A program made the position numbers and the translations under genes. The notes under the pieces were generated by a model. That model was given only the letters and a program-made list of their open reading frames with translations. It was not told the origin of the DNA and made no database searches. Below are positions 58,434-64,000 of a DNA stretch of 64,000 nt, one piece after another. Origin of the DNA: Laetmonice hystrix. Its lineage: Eukaryota. Numbering within the stretch: position 1 is the stretch's first letter; every line of letters begins with the position of its first letter. Location: positions 19,406,001-19,470,000 of the forward strand of contig OZ249450.1 of assembly GCA_965235115.1 (NCBI GenBank), written 5' to 3'.

Positions 58434-60119
58434 CAGGTCCCAGAATTTCTACATGGCAAAAGTACTGGACCAGGCCGACTGGCTCTACGTGACACAGGAT
58501 TGGCGTAGGTCTGAGTATCCCTTCATGGCACAGGGAATGGCGCTGGATTGGGCTCTTCTACATGGCACAGGGACTGGATAAATCCACACAAGGAACACCA
58601 ACCCACTCTAGGACCCTCCACTCAAGTTCTCTGGACCGTTACTATCGCTGACCGTCCCTCCCAGAGATCCCCGGGTGAAGTGATTAGGTATGCGGGACAC
58701 ACCATCAACGACTTCCAGGGGACCTGGGTTGTCTTGGGGATGTAGAGAACAGTGCTTAACGTCGTTATCTGCTCCAGCAATTTGCTTCTGCATCCTGGGA
58801 AGTCTGAAGAAAATGTGATAACACTCGCCACAAGCGAGCCCTCCAAATGGTGTTGCTGATCTGGCATATTCCCAGCAGCCAATACAAACTTGTTTATCTC
58901 GTCCCAAGATTTTTTAACTGTCTATAGCTCGGTTTCGGTATATGATGGCTGGTATGTTTCCACCATTGCATGCCGTATGCTGTGTGCAGGCATTATGTTA
59001 CCGAGATCGTCCCTAACCTAACCAAGTCAGCCAAGTTCAGAGAGTTTCTTTATTGAATGTCGCGGCTGGCCCCTCTGGGCGTGCATAACCGCAAGACCAA
59101 AACTTTTAGTATATCTTGAAGACGCTTCGGTAAATCCCGCTGAGGTCTTTGTGCCAGTGGATAAAGCGATGAAACTAACCACCTTAGAGACACACGGGCG
59201 ATCAACTTAGATCTCATAGTGTTGGCAACAATAAAAAAGAATACAATAAAAACTGCGAAATACAGTTGAGAAAAAAAACTACAGTAATCAGTTTGGTGAG
59301 AGACCAGCTTGGAAATTCACCCCCGACAAACCAAACACAGGTCTGCTGGACCTTAGTGCCTTCGTTTTGTGTCTGGTAATTAAAGATCCCAACAAATGCC
59401 ATATGTTCGATGTCTGAGGAGTACTTAGCGGTAGTAGAGATCGGGACGGGGTCGGTCTGTGATAGGTGTACCACTGGGTGGCTGGTCCTATTACTGGTCA
59501 CCCTCGGATGGTCAGGTTCAGCCTCAGCTTGCCCTGGTCAGTCCCCACACCCCTCCCTGGGGTGGGGGTTAAAGGTTGGGAGTTGGCCAGGCCCACTGCG
59601 CCTCCTTACTCTGCCCCGATCTCAGCAACTAATACCTAACCTCCACTGACAAGGCAATTACCGTGGCAACTGGTGGGGCAGCTGTGAAATCATTGGTTGG
59701 TTATCGACGGCGGCTGGTCCCACCAAGACTGCTGATTGAAGTGCGGATGGATGCTCGGTCCGCCTGCTGTAGCCAGTCCCACAGACATCTCCAATGGTCG
59801 TAGGATGCCGCCTTGAGCACACTGAATAGGGTTTCCTCCCCTGATTTATCACTGAGGCACCAATATCGGGGAATACCCCCACCACCAGACTGGGGGCCGT
59901 GCTGTCCGGGTCTTGAGGCCGCTCTGACCGGGCTATCTCTGATTGATGCCGGGGGGGGGGGGGGGGGGGTCCGCCCCAACCCCCCGCTCAGTCCGAAAGC
60001 CGCACCCCTCAGAGATTCATCATCTTACTCCGACATGATTGCAATTGACAAAATCCGAATGTGGCCATTGATTTGTGTGTCTTCTGAAATAAAGGAGGTT
60101 CTACGCTGGAAGACATGAG

Positions 60120-60480
60120 CTCTCTTATGTTAGCGTCACACGTGGGCTGTGGTCTGTGGCTCTCTTATGTTAGCGTCAAACGTGGGCCGTGGTCTGTGGC
60201 TCTCTTATGTTAGCGTCACACGTGGGCCGTGGTCTGTGGCTCGCTTTTGTTCGCATCACACGTGGGCCGTGGTCTGTGGCTCTCTTATGTTAGCGCCACA
60301 CGTGGTCTGTGGTCTGTGGCTCTCTTATATTAGCGTCACACGTGGGCCGTGGTCTGTGGCTCTCTTATGTTAGCGCCACACGTGGGCCGTGGTCTGTGGC
60401 TCTCTTATATTAGCGCCACACGTGGGCCGTGGTCTATGGCTCTCTTATGTTAGCGTCACACTTGGGCTGTGGTCTGTGGC
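60120..60480. repeat. Minisatellite, 40-bp unit x9
   Basis: ctctcttatgttagcgtcacacgtgggccgtggtctgtgg. Confidence 0.96.
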
Positions 60481-60910
60481 CCTTGAGAAAGTGCAGTTAT
60501 CTTCACTGTTTAAATTGCTTGCAGCACGAACAGTACCCCCTCCCCCACACCTACCCAGCCTGCCAGCCAACAGCCCCCTTCACAACTTTCACCACCCATC
60601 ACCCAGTCTCACCAACCAACACTTTCTTCTCATTTTTATCGGCTTTTCCTTCGTGCTGCTCGCCATCCAAATCAATGCAACATGCGTGATTGGCTCCTTC
60701 CTATTCCAAAAGTTGGCGAAGCTGCTCAAATGCATGACAAATTTTCATATTTTAATACTAAAAGGCGGCCTTAATGGCTAAAATTATCTCAGGAATACAC
60801 GACACGATATGGATATGCAACTAGATCCGTATAAATATTCCATAATCTTAAATAAGGAGATATAATCATAAATAAAATTGATCAACCCCTGATTGTGACT
60901 GCACCGGCGT

Positions 60911-61696
60911 CTAGAACTCGCATACATGTAATATACGGTACATGTTCTACACATACAGGCACTAGACCACCATGGTTACCTATAACCGTCTAGAACACGC
61001 ATACATGTAATATACGGTACATGTTCTACACATACAGGCACTAGACGACCATGGTTACCTAGAACTGTCTAGAACTCGCATACATGTAATATACGGTACA
61101 TGTGGTACACATACAGGCACTAGACCACCATGGTTACCTAGAACCGTCTAGAACTCGCATACATGTAATATACGGTAAATGTTCTACACATACAGGCACT
61201 AGACGACCATGGTTACCTAGAACTGTCTAGAACTCGCATACATGTAATACGGTACATGTGGTACACATACAGGCACTAGACCACCATGGTTACCTAGAAC
61301 CGTCTACAACTCGCATACATGTAATATACGGTACATGTTGTACACATAAAGGCACTAGACGACCATGGTTACCTAGAACCGTCTAGAACACGCATACATG
61401 TAATATACGGTACATGTTGTACACATACAGGCACGAGACGACCATGGTTACCTAGAACCGTCTAGAACACGCATACATGTAATATACGGTACATGTTCTA
61501 CACATACAGGCACTAGACCACCATGGTTACCTATAACCGTCTAGAACTCGCATACATGTAATATGCGGTACATGTGGTACACATACAGGCACTAGACCAC
61601 CATGGTTACCTATAACCGTCTAGAACTCGCATACATGTAATATACGGTACATGTTCTACACATACAGGCACTAGACCACCATGGTTACCTAGAACT
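60911..61696. repeat. Minisatellite, 79-bp unit x10
   Basis: ctagaactcgcatacatgtaatatacggtacatgttctacacatacaggcactagaccaccatggttacct. Confidence 0.97.
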
Positions 61697-61734
61697 TCTG
61701 AACACTTGAAAATTGTCCGTCTCCTTCAGTATCT

Positions 61735-61900
61735 TGACGGACTCGTTCACGCCTAGTGGGCATGGATGTCGACACCTTATGCTATGCGAATGGGTGCAGT
61801 AATCTTAGGGCCTGGGTTCGATTCCTGTAGAGGACTATACAACTTTTCTCTTTAGGGACATTGTCAAAGTAATTGGGTTACCCCTGATGCCCGTGCATTT
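61735..61900 (+). mobile_element. Possible tRNA-derived SINE fragment
   Basis: B-box-like gggttcgattcc at 61814-61825; no cloverleaf found, so not a tRNA gene. Confidence 0.3.
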
Positions 61901-63792
61901 TCAAAAGAAAAATACATCAGCCAGCGCTCAGCCGCTGTTGAACTTGTCTCGCTTGGCCTACATGAGTGTGAGTCAGGCACGAGTTGATAACGTCCTGGTA
62001 CTCAAACCCTCCATGACTCATGAATTACAAGAACTTATCCCCCTGAGTTTCTAATTCCTTGCCAACTGTTGCTATCTGTGTGCGTCGCCTGTAACAGCAC
62101 CACTGATAGCAGTTCGATCCTCCTCCCCCGTCCTAACTATCTGTAATAAGAAACACCTTATTTATTCTATTTAATACCCCTTCCTCGTCTCATCTCTATT
62201 ACCCCCTGCCTATCTGCTCATACCCTTCTTACCCCAGTTTTCTCTAATTGACCGGCACTTAAATTACCCTCCTCGGACCTTGCCTCCAATAGCCAATTCC
62301 GTGCTGGTCGTGGTCGTGACGGATGTATGAGGAGGGAGCATGGCGACCAACACTCACACCAGCACCCGCTCCACAAACATTACAAAATGTTTCAAATCAA
62401 TGTTACGACAGCCACAATGCAAGCCAATCTCAGCCGCAATCTGCAGCGCCCCCGCTCTGCTGGGCTAAGACGTTATTCCACCATGGCAAAAGTCCCACCA
62501 AATTAAGGGGTAGGTTAAGGTTAAGTCAGTATAGGGATAAGGTTTTTTGTCGAGGTCTTGGGGCGAGGTTAGGGTGTAGGCAAATGTTTAGCGTACAAGT
62601 AGTGATGAATTTGTAGTTCTTAAACACAGATTTCGTGGACGTGTCTCCACTGAAGATCTGCCGGGAAGACCACATGGTTGGCGGTCCATTGATTGCTCAT
62701 GTGGAGGCACGGCTCACAACTGGGACAAAGCCTGGCAGGGAAGGAGGGGCGGGGGTTGTGGACCGTCCTGGACTGGGTCCTCCAGAGAAGGCTCTATTCG
62801 AGTTACGTTTAACACCGAACACCTACAAGAAACCTATATGAGTGGAGAGAAAATCTTGTAATAGGCAGATGCGAGCTTGTGGTACATCTTTACAAATTCG
62901 CACCATGAAGCAAGCAATTTTTCATGACTTCGAAATACATTCCCCCACCCCTAGAGCTATCTAAGCACCTGCACTGACAATACACACATTGCCATGGAAA
63001 TTGACCACATCCCATTCCTCAGTCGTGACCTTGGGGCAGGTGCAGAGAGGAAGCTGCACAGAGCGGGAAATGGGCAAAATATTGCCGGCTGCTTATTGCG
63101 CTCATGGCGCCCGTATTTTACGGTCTTGTTAGAACGGGTTCCTCCCGGCAAGTAAACACCTGTCATTCCACCAAAACTGCTCGCCCCACTGGCCTTCTCT
63201 GTGAACCCATTTAACCTCACCACACTCAGTATTCCTACCTTCACATTCCGGTTCTATGCGACATTTCCCAGGTTCTCATTTAAAGCCACAATGCCAGACT
63301 TCTGTACACAACTCTAGGCCATTTGGAATTGTCCCTGGCGTACAACTATGAGAGAATTCAGTACGTTTAAGTAGACAAGAAGTGGTCCCATCCAGACCCT
63401 ATTTCCCTTCCCGTTATACAATGTGGCCTAGAGGAATTCGTATATTATTTTCTTCAATTCACGGATGTGTGCAACGTATGTAGATCTACATGGACAAGTA
63501 CGTTTACAACAATAACAACCAGGCAGTGATAAGCTCTTTTTTCACGGGTCGATTTAAGTCTGTTTTCAGGAGTGATGAGGTGAATAAATCGCATGTTTCA
63601 GGTTTAGCAGCAGCATACAATATGAATAATCTTCCCACGTTTAGATTCACAAGTACCCAGTGTCCTTAGACAGCTGACCTATATTATAAGTGACAAGAAT
63701 GCCAGGACCATTACAACGTCGCCACCCCTACATCAGGGTGTTAAGGGACACCCCCAACAACCCAAGGAAACCCAGAGAAATGGTTGGGGGCG

Positions 63793-64000
63793 TTACCCTG
63801 TGCCTCGGTCCACACCGAGTTTTATAACACTCCCCTGTCTTTGATTGAGAGATGGTTGTGGTGTTACCCTGTGCCTCCACACAGAGTTTTATAACACTCC
63901 CCTGTCTTTGATTGAGAGATGGTTGTGGTGTTACCCTGTGCCTCCACACAGAGTTTTATAACACTCCCCTGTCTTTGATTGAGAGATGGTTGTGGTGTTA
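63793..64000. repeat. Minisatellite, 67-bp unit x3 or more, truncated by the window end
   Basis: ttaccctgtgcctccacacagagttttataacactcccctgtctttgattgagagatggttgtggtg. Confidence 0.93.

Noticed and set aside
58548-58907. Overlapping 65-99-aa ORFs with a strong minus-strand acceptor (cacattttcttcag)
   Set aside because: No recognisable domain and no good phase-1 donor; cannot be tied to TPD52 without transcript data
62635-63360. ORFs near the window end as a possible neighbouring gene or LINE
   Set aside because: No recognisable protein motif in any of the frames I translated

Overview
Animal genomic DNA. It is probably a lophotrochozoan or mollusc, inferred only from a V-SINE-like repeat. The window holds one recognisable protein-coding gene, a TPD52-family gene (TPD52/TPD53/TPD54; Drosophila CG5174-like) on the minus strand. 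About 760 coding nt are spread over about 49 kb. Five core exons were read directly with canonical GT-AG boundaries and consistent phases: 51654-51781, 50696-50844, 11748-11849, 7450-7510 and 3101-3238. The first coding exon, which must end in phase 1, was not located. The main observation is three dispersed, mutually homologous 60-nt phase-2/phase-2 exons (44369-44428, 26378-26437, 24464-24523) inside the 38.8-kb intron. Each encodes a 20-aa amphipathic-helix repeat, and every inclusion combination stays in frame. None of the three was called as such by the ORF track. The rest of the window is intronic or intergenic. It contains more than 25 tandem arrays, three MITE-like foldbacks, SINE and LINE remnants, strong CTCF-like motifs (two tandem pairs downstream of candidate alternative exons), a duplicated 3' splice site with a stop codon, and several candidate cryptic, poison or recursive splice elements. 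Most entries in the supplied ORF track are spurious or repeat-derived. All coordinates were counted by hand and could be off by a few bases at repeat edges.
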